Of a stretch of DNA of 32,000 bases, positions 16,224-25,829 are shown one piece after another. The notes under the pieces are model-generated. The model saw only the letters and a list, made by a program, of their open reading frames with translations, did not search any database and had not been told where the DNA came from. This DNA is from Rhodobacter capsulatus SB 1003 (lineage in GTDB: Bacteria; Pseudomonadota; Alphaproteobacteria; Rhodobacterales; Rhodobacteraceae). The stretch's first letter is position 1. Each line of letters starts with the position of its first letter. The translations under genes were made by a program, and so were the position numbers. Where the stretch lies: positions 2,850,001 to 2,882,000 of the forward strand of contig NC_014034.1 of NCBI RefSeq assembly GCF_000021865.1, given 5' to 3'.

Positions 16224-17387
16224 TCAGGGTTGAGCCTGCGCCAGTTGCCGGAACATCGCAAGGTTTTCATCGGTCACCCCCGGCGCGGCAAAGCCCAGAT
16301 CGGCGGCATTGACCGCGATGACCACCTTGCGGGCGGGGTTGATGTAGAGGAACTGCCCGTAGATGCCCTGCGCCATGTAGTCGTTGCCGAACGCGGCATT
16401 GTCTTTCGGCACCCACCATTGATAGCCGTATCCCGCCCCATCCGCCGCCTGATGCGCGGTCGAGGCCGCGACCCAATCGGCGGGCACGATCTGGCGCCCG
16501 TTCCAGAAACCGCCTTGCAGGAACATCTGCCCGATGCGCGCATAATCGCGCGTGCGCAGATTGAGCCCGCCCAGCACGAAACCCGTCCCCTCGCCATCGG
16601 TCAGCATCACCGGGCTCGCCTCGAGCCCCATCGGCGCGATGATCCGTTCCGCCATCAGATCGACCGGATCGCGCCCGGTCGCGCCCTTGATCACCATCCC
16701 CAGAACATGCGTGTCGACCGAGACGTAATGCATGTGGCTGCCCGGCGCGGTGTCGCGGGTCTTCAGCGAGGCGGCAAAGCCGTCCATCGAGCCACCCAGC
16801 GCCAGAACCCGGCCCATCCGGTTGATGTCGGAGGAAAATTTCATGTAATCTTCATCGAAATGCACGCCCGAGGTCATCGTCAGCACGTCATGGATGCGGA
16901 CACCGTCATAGGCCGAGCCCTTCAGCGCAGGCACGACATCCACCACCTGCGCGCCCAGATCGGGGATCGCCCCTTCCGCCACCAGCGTCCCGAACAGCGC
17001 CGAAAGCACCGATTTCGCCATCGACCAGCTGATCCGCAGATCCTCGGGCCCTGTGCCCTGATAGTAGTTTTCATAGGTGATCTGCCCGTCACGCAGGATG
17101 ACCAGCGCGGTGACCGCACGGCGCTTCACCCAGGCCTCGGCCGCGGGGGACAGCGTTTCCGGCACGCCCATCGGCAGGGCCGAGACCGGCCCGGGGCCGC
17201 GGTCAAGCACGCGGGAATGGAAAAGCCGGTCCATCTGCGAGAAATTCGCGACGATCCGCCCCTCGTCGAACAAGGTCTGCACCGCCATCAGCCGGGCGAT
17301 GTCGGCGCGTTTCACATAGGCCGCCGCCGCGCCAAGGACGAGCAGAACCAGAAGAACGCGCCAAAAGATGCGCAGAAACCGCCGCAT
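16224..17387 (-). CDS. Serine hydrolase of the beta-lactamase / penicillin-binding-protein-like (class C/esterase) family, with an N-terminal membrane anchor or signal sequence.
   Basis: The SxxK motif lies in SWSMAKSV. The hydrophobic N-terminus reads MRRFLRIFWRVLLVLLVLGAAAAYV. GGGAGGGG precedes the ATG at 17387. Confidence 0.8.
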   Translation of the reverse strand: MRRFLRIFWRVLLVLLVLGAAAAYVKRADIARLMAVQTLFDEGRIVANFSQMDRLFHSRVLDRGPGPVSALPMGVPETLSPAAEAWVKRRAVTALVILRDGQITYENYYQGTGPEDLRISWSMAKSVLSALFGTLVAEGAIPDLGAQVVDVVPALKGSAYDGVRIHDVLTMTSGVHFDEDYMKFSSDINRMGRVLALGGSMDGFAASLKTRDTAPGSHMHYVSVDTHVLGMVIKGATGRDPVDLMAERIIAPMGLEASPVMLTDGEGTGFVLGGLNLRTRDYARIGQMFLQGGFWNGRQIVPADWVAASTAHQAADGAGYGYQWWVPKDNAAFGNDYMAQGIYGQFLYINPARKVVIAVNAADLGFAAPGVTDENLAMFRQLAQAQP

Positions 17388-17495
17388 GATCCCCTCCCAA
17401 GCTCCGGCGCCTGGCGCCTGACGGACCCGCAAAGGAAAGCACGCCGCCTGCCCCGGGGGCAAGCGGCGCGATGCAGCCTGTCGCTGCGTCAGTCC

Positions 17496-18008
17496 TCAGT
17501 AGATGTAGCGGATCTGATCCGACCCGTAGCGCTCCATCCGGCGCAGGGTGCGGTTCATCTCGTCCATCGCGTCAAGCGTGATCACGTTGCGCGCATCCAT
17601 GCCCTTGGCATGGCGTTCAAAAAGCGCCGTGACCCGTTCGCGCAGATCGACCCCCTTCGCGGTCAGCTTCACCCGCACCGAACGGCGGTCGATCTCGCAG
17701 CGCTGGTGATGCATGTAACCGCATTCGACCAGCTTCTTCAGATTGTAGCTGACATTCGAGCCCTGATAGTAGCCGCGCGTCTTCAACTCGCCCGCCGTCA
17801 CCTCGTTCTCGCCGATGTTGAACAGCAAAAGCGCTTGCACAGGGTTGATTTCCAAAATCCCCAGCCGTTCGAATTCGTCCTTGATCACGTCCAAAAGCAG
17901 ACGATGCAGACGCTCGACCAGAGACAGACTGTCCAGATAGCAGGACATGATACCGGGAGAGGCGCCTTCTTCCGTTCCGGGCGCTTTCATCGGGGTTTGA
18001 AATGACAT
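17496..18008 (-). CDS. MarR-family winged-helix transcriptional regulator.
   Basis: The 170-aa protein reads INPVQALLLFNIGENEVTAGELKTRGYYQGSNVSYNLKKLVECGYMHHQRCEIDRRSVRVKLTAKG, a typical MarR wHTH. The start MSFQTP at 18008 has GGAGAA upstream. Confidence 0.75.
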   Translation of the reverse strand: MSFQTPMKAPGTEEGASPGIMSCYLDSLSLVERLHRLLLDVIKDEFERLGILEINPVQALLLFNIGENEVTAGELKTRGYYQGSNVSYNLKKLVECGYMHHQRCEIDRRSVRVKLTAKGVDLRERVTALFERHAKGMDARNVITLDAMDEMNRTLRRMERYGSDQIRYIY

Positions 18009-18077
18009 TCGGTTCTCCGCCAGCCTCGCTTCCTGAGGCCACCTTGGCGGCAAAACCCGAAAATACGGTTAAACCCA

Positions 18078-18107
18078 GACGAAGTTTCGGAAATTCGTCA
18101 CAATTTC
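18078..18107. promoter_or_regulatory. Overlapping dyad symmetries upstream of the MarR-type gene. They are a candidate auto-operator.
   Basis: GACGAA-N10-TTCGTC (18078-18099) overlaps GAAATT-N6-AATTTC (18090-18107). They lie 70-100 nt upstream of the start at 18008, in an AT-rich patch. Confidence 0.3.
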
Positions 18108-18121
18108 TGCAAGATAGCGCC

Positions 18122-18394
18122 TCAGCCCCGCGCCAGCTTGCCCTGCATGAAGGTGGCGATTTCCGCAAACAAATCAACATATTGTGGCGGGCAGGGCTGC
18201 GCCCCCGAAAACCAGGGGTACAGATCCTGGTCATTTTCTTCCAGAAGCGTATCGAACAGATCGAGCTGCGCGGTATCGAATCCTTCAAGCTTCGCATCGG
18301 CATAGGGCCCCAGAATCAGGTCCATCTCGCGGATGCCGCGGCGCCAGCTGCGCATCTTCATCCGCTTGATCCGGGCTTCGTGCGTTTCGCTCAT
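18122..18394 (-). CDS. sdhE: FAD assembly factor SdhE (succinate dehydrogenase flavinylation factor, DUF339).
   Basis: The 90-aa protein contains the RGxxE motif (WRRGIREMDLILG) and DQDLYPW. GGAAGGTGG precedes the ATG at 18394. Confidence 0.8.
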   Translation of the reverse strand: MSETHEARIKRMKMRSWRRGIREMDLILGPYADAKLEGFDTAQLDLFDTLLEENDQDLYPWFSGAQPCPPQYVDLFAEIATFMQGKLARG

Positions 18395-18489
18395 GATCCA
18401 CCTTCCTTGCCGTGCCTGCCCCTGCCTTGCACCCGCCAACCCCGCCCGTCAACTGCGTTTTCCTTGAACGCCTGCGCCCGCGCGCGTGA

Positions 18490-19722
<1,233 letters not shown>

Positions 19723-19748
19723 GGCCGGACCGGCCCTGGGAGTGTGCG

Positions 19749-20174
19749 ATGGCCGGGGATCTGCCCGAGTATTATTTCCGTATCCGCGACAATGGCGCGG
19801 CGGTGTTTCGGGTTGATACCGAAAACCGCCAGCGCCGGATCGAAATGGAGCAGATCGCCGTCGTCAACGTCAAGAACGGCGAGATCAAGCCGCAGGGCGA
19901 CCGCAAGCTGACGCCCGCCGACCTGCGCGAGATCGAGGCCTGGATGGCGAAGCGCATCGCCACCCTGGCCGCGCGGGATGTCGATGACATCCTGCGCACC
20001 GTCGATCACCTGAACCTGACGACGCAATGGGTGCAGGCCAAGGCGACCGAGGCACAGCTGGAAGAGGTCACCGATGCGCTGCTTCTGGCGATGCACGACC
20101 TGCGCACGGTTCTGGTGCGCAAGAAGGCCGAGCGGATGATGAAAGCCGGTCCCGAGGCTGACACGGAGACGTGA
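19749..20174 (+). CDS. Hypothetical protein (141 aa, charged, probably helical). I do not recognise a family.
   Basis: Third-codon positions are G/C-rich as in neighbouring genes. GGGAG lies 7 nt upstream of the ATG. No competing ORF is plausible. Confidence 0.55.
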   Translation: MAGDLPEYYFRIRDNGAAVFRVDTENRQRRIEMEQIAVVNVKNGEIKPQGDRKLTPADLREIEAWMAKRIATLAARDVDDILRTVDHLNLTTQWVQAKATEAQLEEVTDALLLAMHDLRTVLVRKKAERMMKAGPEADTET

Positions 20175-20248
20175 GCCGGTTTTGCTTGCCTGAACGGGCG
20201 GCGCTGCGCTAGCCTTGCATTCACAAAACGGAATGTAAGGAAGCCCCC

Positions 20249-21379
20249 ATGACCCATATCGTCGTCCTCGGCTCGGGCTTTGCGGCGCTGACCGCGGTGC
20301 GCTGCCTGCGCAAGCGCGGCGTGACGGCCGAGATCACCCTGATTTCCCCGCGCGACAGCCTGCATTACCTGCCCTCGGCGATCTGGATCCCCTCCGGTCT
20401 GCGCGAGGTGGAAGAGCTGCAGATCCCGCTGGCCCCGTTCCTCGCCCGCCACAAGGTGCGGTTCCTGCAGACCGCGGTCACCACGCTGGATGCGGGCGCG
20501 CGCAGCGTCACCACCCTGGACGGGCAGGTGATTTCCGCCGATCACCTGATCATCGCCACCGGGGCGCGGTTCCTGCGCAAGCTGCCGGGGATCGAGCATG
20601 CGCTCATCCCCTGCGAGGGGCTTGCCCCGGCGCAGGCGATTTCCGAACGCTTTCATGCGCTTGAGGGCGGCACCATCGCCATCGGCATGGCCACGAACCC
20701 GAATGAACCCGGCGCGATCCGCGGCGGGCCGATGTTCGAATACCTGTTCATCCTCGACACGCTGCTGCGCCGGCAGATGCGCCGGGACCGCTTCAAACTG
20801 ATGTTTTTCTCGCCCTCGGACCGGCCCGGGCAGCGGCTGGGCGAAAAGGCGGTCGACGGCATTCTGGCCGAGATGAAACGGCGCGGCATCGAAACGCATC
20901 TGGGACACAAGATGGTGCGGATCGAGCCCGACAAGGTGGTGACCGAGGCGGGCGAAATCCCGGCCGATCTGATCCTGTTCCAGCCGGGTCTGACCGGGCT
21001 TTCCTGGTTCGAGGACACCGATCTGCCGCTCTCGCCGGGCAAGATGATCCTGGCCGATGCGTTCTGCCGCGTCACCGGCAAGCCGGGCGTCTGGGTGGCG
21101 GGGGATGCCGGATCCTATCCCGGGCCGGACTGGCTGGCGAAACAGGCGCATCAGGCCGATCTGCAGGCGCAGGCGATCGCCGCCAACATCGCCGCCATCG
21201 AAAAGGGCCTGGAACCGGCGACCCCGTTCCTGCCTGAACTCATCTGCATCATGGACAGTCTGGACAGCGGCCGGTTGGTGTTCCGGCGCGGCAAGATCAA
21301 TCTGGTCCTGCCCGCGCTGAAACCGCTGCACTGGCTCAAGCGGCTTTACGAAGGCCACTATCTGCGGGCGTTCCGTTAA
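20249..21379 (+). CDS. FAD-dependent pyridine nucleotide-disulfide oxidoreductase (sulfide:quinone oxidoreductase / NDH-2 superfamily).
   Basis: The N-terminal Rossmann fold reads HIVVLGSGFAALTA, and the C-terminal FAD motif reads VWVAGDAGS. TAAGGAAG is the RBS. At 376 aa it is shorter than the canonical type I SQR. Confidence 0.7.
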   Translation: MTHIVVLGSGFAALTAVRCLRKRGVTAEITLISPRDSLHYLPSAIWIPSGLREVEELQIPLAPFLARHKVRFLQTAVTTLDAGARSVTTLDGQVISADHLIIATGARFLRKLPGIEHALIPCEGLAPAQAISERFHALEGGTIAIGMATNPNEPGAIRGGPMFEYLFILDTLLRRQMRRDRFKLMFFSPSDRPGQRLGEKAVDGILAEMKRRGIETHLGHKMVRIEPDKVVTEAGEIPADLILFQPGLTGLSWFEDTDLPLSPGKMILADAFCRVTGKPGVWVAGDAGSYPGPDWLAKQAHQADLQAQAIAANIAAIEKGLEPATPFLPELICIMDSLDSGRLVFRRGKINLVLPALKPLHWLKRLYEGHYLRAFR

Positions 21380-22742
21380 GCCAGGGGCCGCGCCAGAACC
21401 GCACCATCAGCGTGATGCCGACACAGGCCAGCCCGATCACCAGACCCAGCCACAGCCCCACCCCGCCCAGATCGAAGCGGAAGGCGAGGATGTAGCTGGC
21501 GGGCACGCCGACCAGCCAATAGCTGATCGTGGCGATCACCATCGGCACCCGGGTATCATGCACGCCGCGCAGCAGGCCCAGCGCCATCACCTGCGCCGCG
21601 TCGAAGAGCTGGAACAGCCCCGCCACGGCCAGAAGATGCGCGCCAAAGACCAGAATCTCGGCCGCCTCGGGCTTGGTGCGGTCCAGAAACAGCCCGATCA
21701 GCGTTTCCGGCATCGCCAGAAAGACCGCGATCGTCAGACCGGCAAAGACCCCCGACATCAGCACCGCGGCCTTGGCGCCCGCCCGCAGCCGCGCGGGATC
21801 GGCGGCGCCATAGGCATGGCCCGCCCGGACGGTGGCCGCATTCGACAGCCCCATGTGGATCATGAAGGTCAGCGAGGCGAGTTCAAGCGCGATCCCATGC
21901 GCCGCCAGCTGCACCGTGCCCAGCCAGCCCATCATCAGCGCCGAGGCCTGAAACAGCCCGGCCTCGGACAGATGCGTCAGCCCGGCGGGCAGGCCCAGAC
22001 GCACGACGGCGCGCATCGCCTCCCAATCCGGGCGCCAGAACCGGGTGAAAAGCTGGATCTGCCGCAGCTTCGGATGCCAGGCGGCATAGGCGGCCAGCAG
22101 CAGCGCCGAGACCGCCTGCACCAGCACCGAAGACAGCGCCGCCCCCCGCACGCCCATCTCGGGCGCGCCGAAATGGCCGAAGACAAAGGCCCAGTTGCCC
22201 AGGATGTTGACGCCCACGCCCAGAACGGTGATCCACATCACCACCTGCGCGCGATGTTGCGCCCCCAGATAGGCGCGCAGCACCGCCACGACCAGCGCGG
22301 GCACCAGCCCGAAAGCGGCGATGTTCAGGAATTGCGCGGCGAGCGCGGTCAGATGCGGGTCCTGCCCCAGCACGCGCAGGATCGGCGTGGCGGCGAACAT
22401 CACCGGCATCGCGACCAGCCCGTAGCCGATCGAGACCCAAAGCCCCATCCTTGTGTCGCGGCGCAGCTGGGTGGCATTGCCTGCGCCAAGGGCCGCGGAA
22501 ATCCGCCCCATCAGCGCATAGGAAAAGCCGGAGCCAAGGATGAACAGGAAAAAGAAGAACGACGATCCCAGCACGACCGAGGCCAGTTCGGCGACCCCGT
22601 ACCAGCCCAGCATGATCGTATCGGTGATGTGAAGCGCCATCTGGGCAACGTTGGAGCCGATCATCGGCAGGCCCAGAACCAGAGTGGCGCGGAGATTGGC
22701 GGCAAGGCCGGATTGCCCTGCGGGAGAGTTAACCTGTGTCAT
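21336..22742 (-). CDS. MATE-family multidrug/sodium efflux transporter (NorM-like).
   Basis: The 468-aa protein has about 12 hydrophobic segments and a typical MATE N-terminus (LGLPMIGSNVAQMALHITDTIMLG). Confidence 0.88.
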   Translation of the reverse strand: MTQVNSPAGQSGLAANLRATLVLGLPMIGSNVAQMALHITDTIMLGWYGVAELASVVLGSSFFFFLFILGSGFSYALMGRISAALGAGNATQLRRDTRMGLWVSIGYGLVAMPVMFAATPILRVLGQDPHLTALAAQFLNIAAFGLVPALVVAVLRAYLGAQHRAQVVMWITVLGVGVNILGNWAFVFGHFGAPEMGVRGAALSSVLVQAVSALLLAAYAAWHPKLRQIQLFTRFWRPDWEAMRAVVRLGLPAGLTHLSEAGLFQASALMMGWLGTVQLAAHGIALELASLTFMIHMGLSNAATVRAGHAYGAADPARLRAGAKAAVLMSGVFAGLTIAVFLAMPETLIGLFLDRTKPEAAEILVFGAHLLAVAGLFQLFDAAQVMALGLLRGVHDTRVPMVIATISYWLVGVPASYILAFRFDLGGVGLWLGLVIGLACVGITLMVRFWRGPWLNGTPADSGLRKAA

Positions 22743-22783
22743 CCCCGCAGGTTAGCGCAAAACCCGGCCGCCGTCCATATGGC

Positions 22784-23371
22784 TCAGTCGGGGCGACGCC
22801 CGGTGATCATCGGGGTGATCAGGTCCTCGCGCTTCCAGAGCCGGTAGAAGAAGATCGCCGCCACATGCAGCCCGACCAGCGCCAGAATGAGCGGCGCAAA
22901 GGTCTTGTGCCAGCCCAGCACCAGCTTGTTCACGTCTTCGGACACATAGCCCGACAGCGGCCCCATGTTCACGTAATCATCGGTGCCGACGAACAGCCCG
23001 GTCAGGACCTGCAGGCCCAGCAGGACCAGCATCGCCACGACCGCCCAGCCGCCCAGCGGATTGTGGCCGGGCGTATGGCTCGGCTTCCGGCTCGGCAGCG
23101 TCAGGGCATAGCGCAGAACCGGCCCCGGCCCGGTGACGAAAGTGGCAAACCGCGCCGTGCGCGGACCGACAAGGCCCCACAGGATGCGGATCAGCAGAAG
23201 GCCGCCCACCGCATAGCCCAGCCAGAAATGCAGCGTCATGATATCCGGGCCGAATTCGCCCAGAATCCAGGCCCCGACGACGCAGATCATCAGCGTCCAG
23301 TGAAACACCCGCACCAGCGGATCCCAGATCATCGGGCGGCGCCCGGCGGCGGCATCGGTCACATCGGTCAT
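22784..23371 (-). CDS. Cytochrome b561 family protein (CybB / Ni-Fe hydrogenase b-type cytochrome-like, 4 TM).
   Basis: Motifs are WDPLVRVFHWTLM, LHFWLGY, GHNPLGGWAV and LHVAAIFFY, which supply the conserved heme-ligand His residues. The gene lies downstream of cycP. Confidence 0.8.
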   Translation of the reverse strand: MTDVTDAAAGRRPMIWDPLVRVFHWTLMICVVGAWILGEFGPDIMTLHFWLGYAVGGLLLIRILWGLVGPRTARFATFVTGPGPVLRYALTLPSRKPSHTPGHNPLGGWAVVAMLVLLGLQVLTGLFVGTDDYVNMGPLSGYVSEDVNKLVLGWHKTFAPLILALVGLHVAAIFFYRLWKREDLITPMITGRRPD

Positions 23372-23390
23372 CGGACTACACCTTCAACGG

Positions 23391-23422
23391 AAAGGAAAAG
23401 GGGGCGGGGGTTTCCCCGCCCC
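23391..23422 (-). terminator. Intrinsic terminator between cycP and the cytochrome b561 gene.
   Basis: On the minus strand the sequence reads GGGGCGGGG-AAAC-CCCCGCCCC followed by UUUUCCUUUCC. It begins 8 nt after the cycP stop. Confidence 0.6.
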
Positions 23423-23429
23423 GGGAAGA

Positions 23430-23882
23430 TCAGTCTTCTTCGCGATAGTCGTCGTGGCAGGCCTTGCAGGTGCCGCCCAGCTTTTGCAGCGCCGCGCCGA
23501 AGGCCGCGCCGTCCCCGGCATTGGCCGCCGCGATCACCGCGCCACCGGCTTCGTGCATCGCTTTGCCCTTGGCGCCGAAATCGTCCATGTTCGCCCAGAT
23601 CGCCGCCTTGGCTTCGGTCTGGCCGGGCAGATCGGTGCTCGAGGTGCCCGCCGGGAACAGCGGCGCGACATCGGTCGCCAGGATCTTTTCAAGCTTGGCC
23701 GCTTCGGCCTTCGCGGCTTCGGCATCAAAGGCCTTGGCCACGCCCGTCATCGCCTTCATCGAGCCGCCAAGCGACTTGAAATAGGCCTCACGGGCTTCAA
23801 GAACTTCTTTGGTATCAGCGGCATAGGCGGCCGAGCCCAGAACAAGGGCCGCCACCGGAAGAGCGAGAAGGATTTTGCGCAT
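23430..23882 (-). CDS. cycP: Cytochrome c' (class II c-type cytochrome), with a Sec signal peptide.
   Basis: The signal peptide is [21 protein letters not shown], followed by [15 protein letters not shown]. The C-terminal heme site is CKACH. The mature sequence matches my recollection of R. capsulatus cytochrome c'. Confidence 0.95.
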   Translation of the reverse strand: MRKILLALPVAALVLGSAAYAADTKEVLEAREAYFKSLGGSMKAMTGVAKAFDAEAAKAEAAKLEKILATDVAPLFPAGTSSTDLPGQTEAKAAIWANMDDFGAKGKAMHEAGGAVIAAANAGDGAAFGAALQKLGGTCKACHDDYREED

Positions 23883-23974
23883 GCGTCATCTCCTGAAAGG
23901 GTTGGGGTCAGTGCATCGAGCCTACTAAACGCACGACAAGCACGGTTCCGTCTATGCCGGGCGCAATAAATTGT

Positions 23975-23991
23975 CTGTGACGAGGTCACAG
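23975..23991. promoter_or_regulatory. Perfect 17-bp palindrome CTGTGAC-GAG-GTCACAG, upstream of cycP and downstream of the methyltransferase gene.
   Basis: Read directly from the sequence. It lies 93-109 nt upstream of the cycP ATG and 7 nt after the methyltransferase stop. It could be an operator or a terminator hairpin. Confidence 0.35.
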
Positions 23992-23997
23992 TTGGCA

Positions 23998-24597
23998 TCA
24001 TCTTGCCGGCTTGACCGCGACCAGGTCGATCAGCGCCGCCTTGCCGCTGTGCCCGGGGCCCTCGGCCAGAACGGCGTCGTAATCGGCCTGATGCCGGATC
24101 TCCCAGCCGGGAAAGGCCGCGCGCAACAGATCCAGCGTCCAAAGCTGCGCCGCATCTTTCGGCCCGCCCGAGGCATTGGCCAATTGCCGCACCGAAAAAC
24201 CGTGCAAAAACAAAAGCCCGCCGGGTTTGAGCGCCGATGCCATGCCGCGAAAGATCGCGCTGCGCAGCGCGGGCGGGGCGAATTGGATGAAGACGCCGAA
24301 GACCGCGTCATAGGCGGCGACGGGCCAGATGAAGCGGGCCAGATCGGCCTTTTCGGTGCTCAGGCTCACCCCCCGCGCGGCAGCAAGTTTCTGCGCCTTG
24401 GCCAGCGCCGGGGCAGAGCCGTCCAGCGCATGGATGCACAGCCCCTGTGCGGCCAGCCTCACCGCATTGCGGCCCTCGCCCTCGGCGACCGAGAGCACCT
24501 GCGCGCCCTGCGCCAGCCGCCAGGCCTGCGCCGCAACGAACCGCGCCGGTTCGGTGCCGTAGAAATATCCCTCGCCCGAAAACCGTTCGTCCCACAT
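23998..24597 (-). CDS. Class I SAM-dependent methyltransferase.
   Basis: Motif I reads VLSVAEGEGRNAVRLA and the post-I/II blocks include GGLLFLHGF. I chose the start MWDERFSGEGYFYG at 24597. Confidence 0.75.
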   Translation of the reverse strand: MWDERFSGEGYFYGTEPARFVAAQAWRLAQGAQVLSVAEGEGRNAVRLAAQGLCIHALDGSAPALAKAQKLAAARGVSLSTEKADLARFIWPVAAYDAVFGVFIQFAPPALRSAIFRGMASALKPGGLLFLHGFSVRQLANASGGPKDAAQLWTLDLLRAAFPGWEIRHQADYDAVLAEGPGHSGKAALIDLVAVKPAR

Positions 24598-24657
24598 GGC
24601 CGATCCCCCGTTGCCCCGTGCCAAGATGGGCCGGGGCCGGGGGTCACGCAAGGGACT

Positions 24658-25680
24658 TCACGGTTTCGCCCGTGTCGCAGGGCCGCGCCGCTCGGGATGC
24701 TGCGCGCTGGCCAGAATATGCGCCGCGCCATGCACGACATGGCTGGCATGGCCGACGATCAGCGGATCGGGGGGCGTGACGATCGCCGGATCCTTGTCGG
24801 GATAGTCGAGCGAGGACAGGAAATGCTTCATGCAGTTCAGCCGCGCCCGCTTCTTGTCATTCGACTTGATGATCACCCAGGGCGCATCGGCGGTGTCGGT
24901 GTAAAAGAACATCGCCTCCTTCGCCTCGGTGTAATCGTCCCATTTATCAAGGCTGGCCATGTCGATCGGCGAAAGCTTCCAGCGCTTGAGCGGATCGGTG
25001 GCGCGTTCGGTGAAGCGCCGCCGCTGCTCCTCGCGCGAGACGGAGAACCAGTATTTGTAAAGCCGGATGCCCGAGCGCACCAGCATGCGTTCGAATTCGG
25101 GCGCCTGGCGCATGAATTCCAGATATTCGGTGGGGGTGCAAAAGCCCATCACCCGTTCGACCCCGGCGCGGTTGTACCAGCTGCGGTCGTAAAACACCAT
25201 TTCCCCCGCGGTGGGCAGCCAGCGGACATAGCGCTGGAAATACCACTGCCCGCGTTCCTCGTCCGAGGGCTTGTTCAGCGCCACCACCCGGGCAAAGCGC
25301 GGGTTCAGATGTTCGGTATAGCGCTTGATCGTGCCGCCCTTGCCCGCGGCGTCGCGGCCCTCGAACAGGATGACGAATTTCTCGCCCGTCTCCTGCGCCC
25401 AGCGCTGCACCTTGAGCAGTTCGGCCTGCAACAGCGCCTTTTCCCGCTCATAGGCCACGCGGCCAAGCCGGTGCGGATAGGGATATCTGCCGCTTTCAAA
25501 GGTCTTGCGGACGGTGGCGGCCTCCAGCGTCGGAAATTCCTGCGGCCCGCTCAGCGCGGCGCTTTCGCCCGCGGCCGGCTCGGGCAGCGCTTCGGGCGCG
25601 GGCCCGGCCGGGGAAACCTCCTCGGCCTGCGACGGTTCGGCAACGGCCTGTTGCCCCCCCAAGGTGACATGATCTTCCAT
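24658..25680 (-). CDS. ppk2: Polyphosphate kinase 2 (PPK2), single domain with an Ala/Pro/Glu-rich N-terminal extension.
   Basis: Walker A is GRDAAGKGGTI, followed by the lid/PPK2 block YFQRYVRWLPTAGEMVFYDRSWYNRAGVERVMGF. The start MEDHVT at 25680 has GGGAGGGG upstream. Confidence 0.88.
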   Translation of the reverse strand: MEDHVTLGGQQAVAEPSQAEEVSPAGPAPEALPEPAAGESAALSGPQEFPTLEAATVRKTFESGRYPYPHRLGRVAYEREKALLQAELLKVQRWAQETGEKFVILFEGRDAAGKGGTIKRYTEHLNPRFARVVALNKPSDEERGQWYFQRYVRWLPTAGEMVFYDRSWYNRAGVERVMGFCTPTEYLEFMRQAPEFERMLVRSGIRLYKYWFSVSREEQRRRFTERATDPLKRWKLSPIDMASLDKWDDYTEAKEAMFFYTDTADAPWVIIKSNDKKRARLNCMKHFLSSLDYPDKDPAIVTPPDPLIVGHASHVVHGAAHILASAQHPERRGPATRAKP

Positions 25681-25829
25681 CCGAACCCCTCCCTGCTGAC
25701 CGCTCAAGCGTGGCAGACAAAGGTGAAAATCGCCTTGATGCGTGTCAAGAAACCGTCATCCGGCAGTTGCATTTTCCGCCTTCCCTCTGCCCCGATCCCG
25801 GCGCAGCATGGGCAAAACAGGAGGGACCG

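Noticed and set aside
15897-18005. A 702-aa plus-strand ORF.
   Set aside because: It is antisense to the DUF2237, serine hydrolase and MarR genes, and its composition is that of a shadow ORF.
20006-22847. A 450-aa minus-strand ORF (20006-21358) and a 429-aa plus-strand ORF (21558-22847).
   Set aside because: They are antisense to the flavoprotein and MATE transporter genes respectively.
23975-23991. A canonical CRP (TGTGA-N6-TCACA), FNR (TTGAT-N4-ATCAA) or CrtJ/PpsR (TGT-N12-ACA) site upstream of cycP.
   Set aside because: The half-site spacing is N5, and no TGT-N12-ACA register fits. I therefore report it only as an unassigned palindrome.
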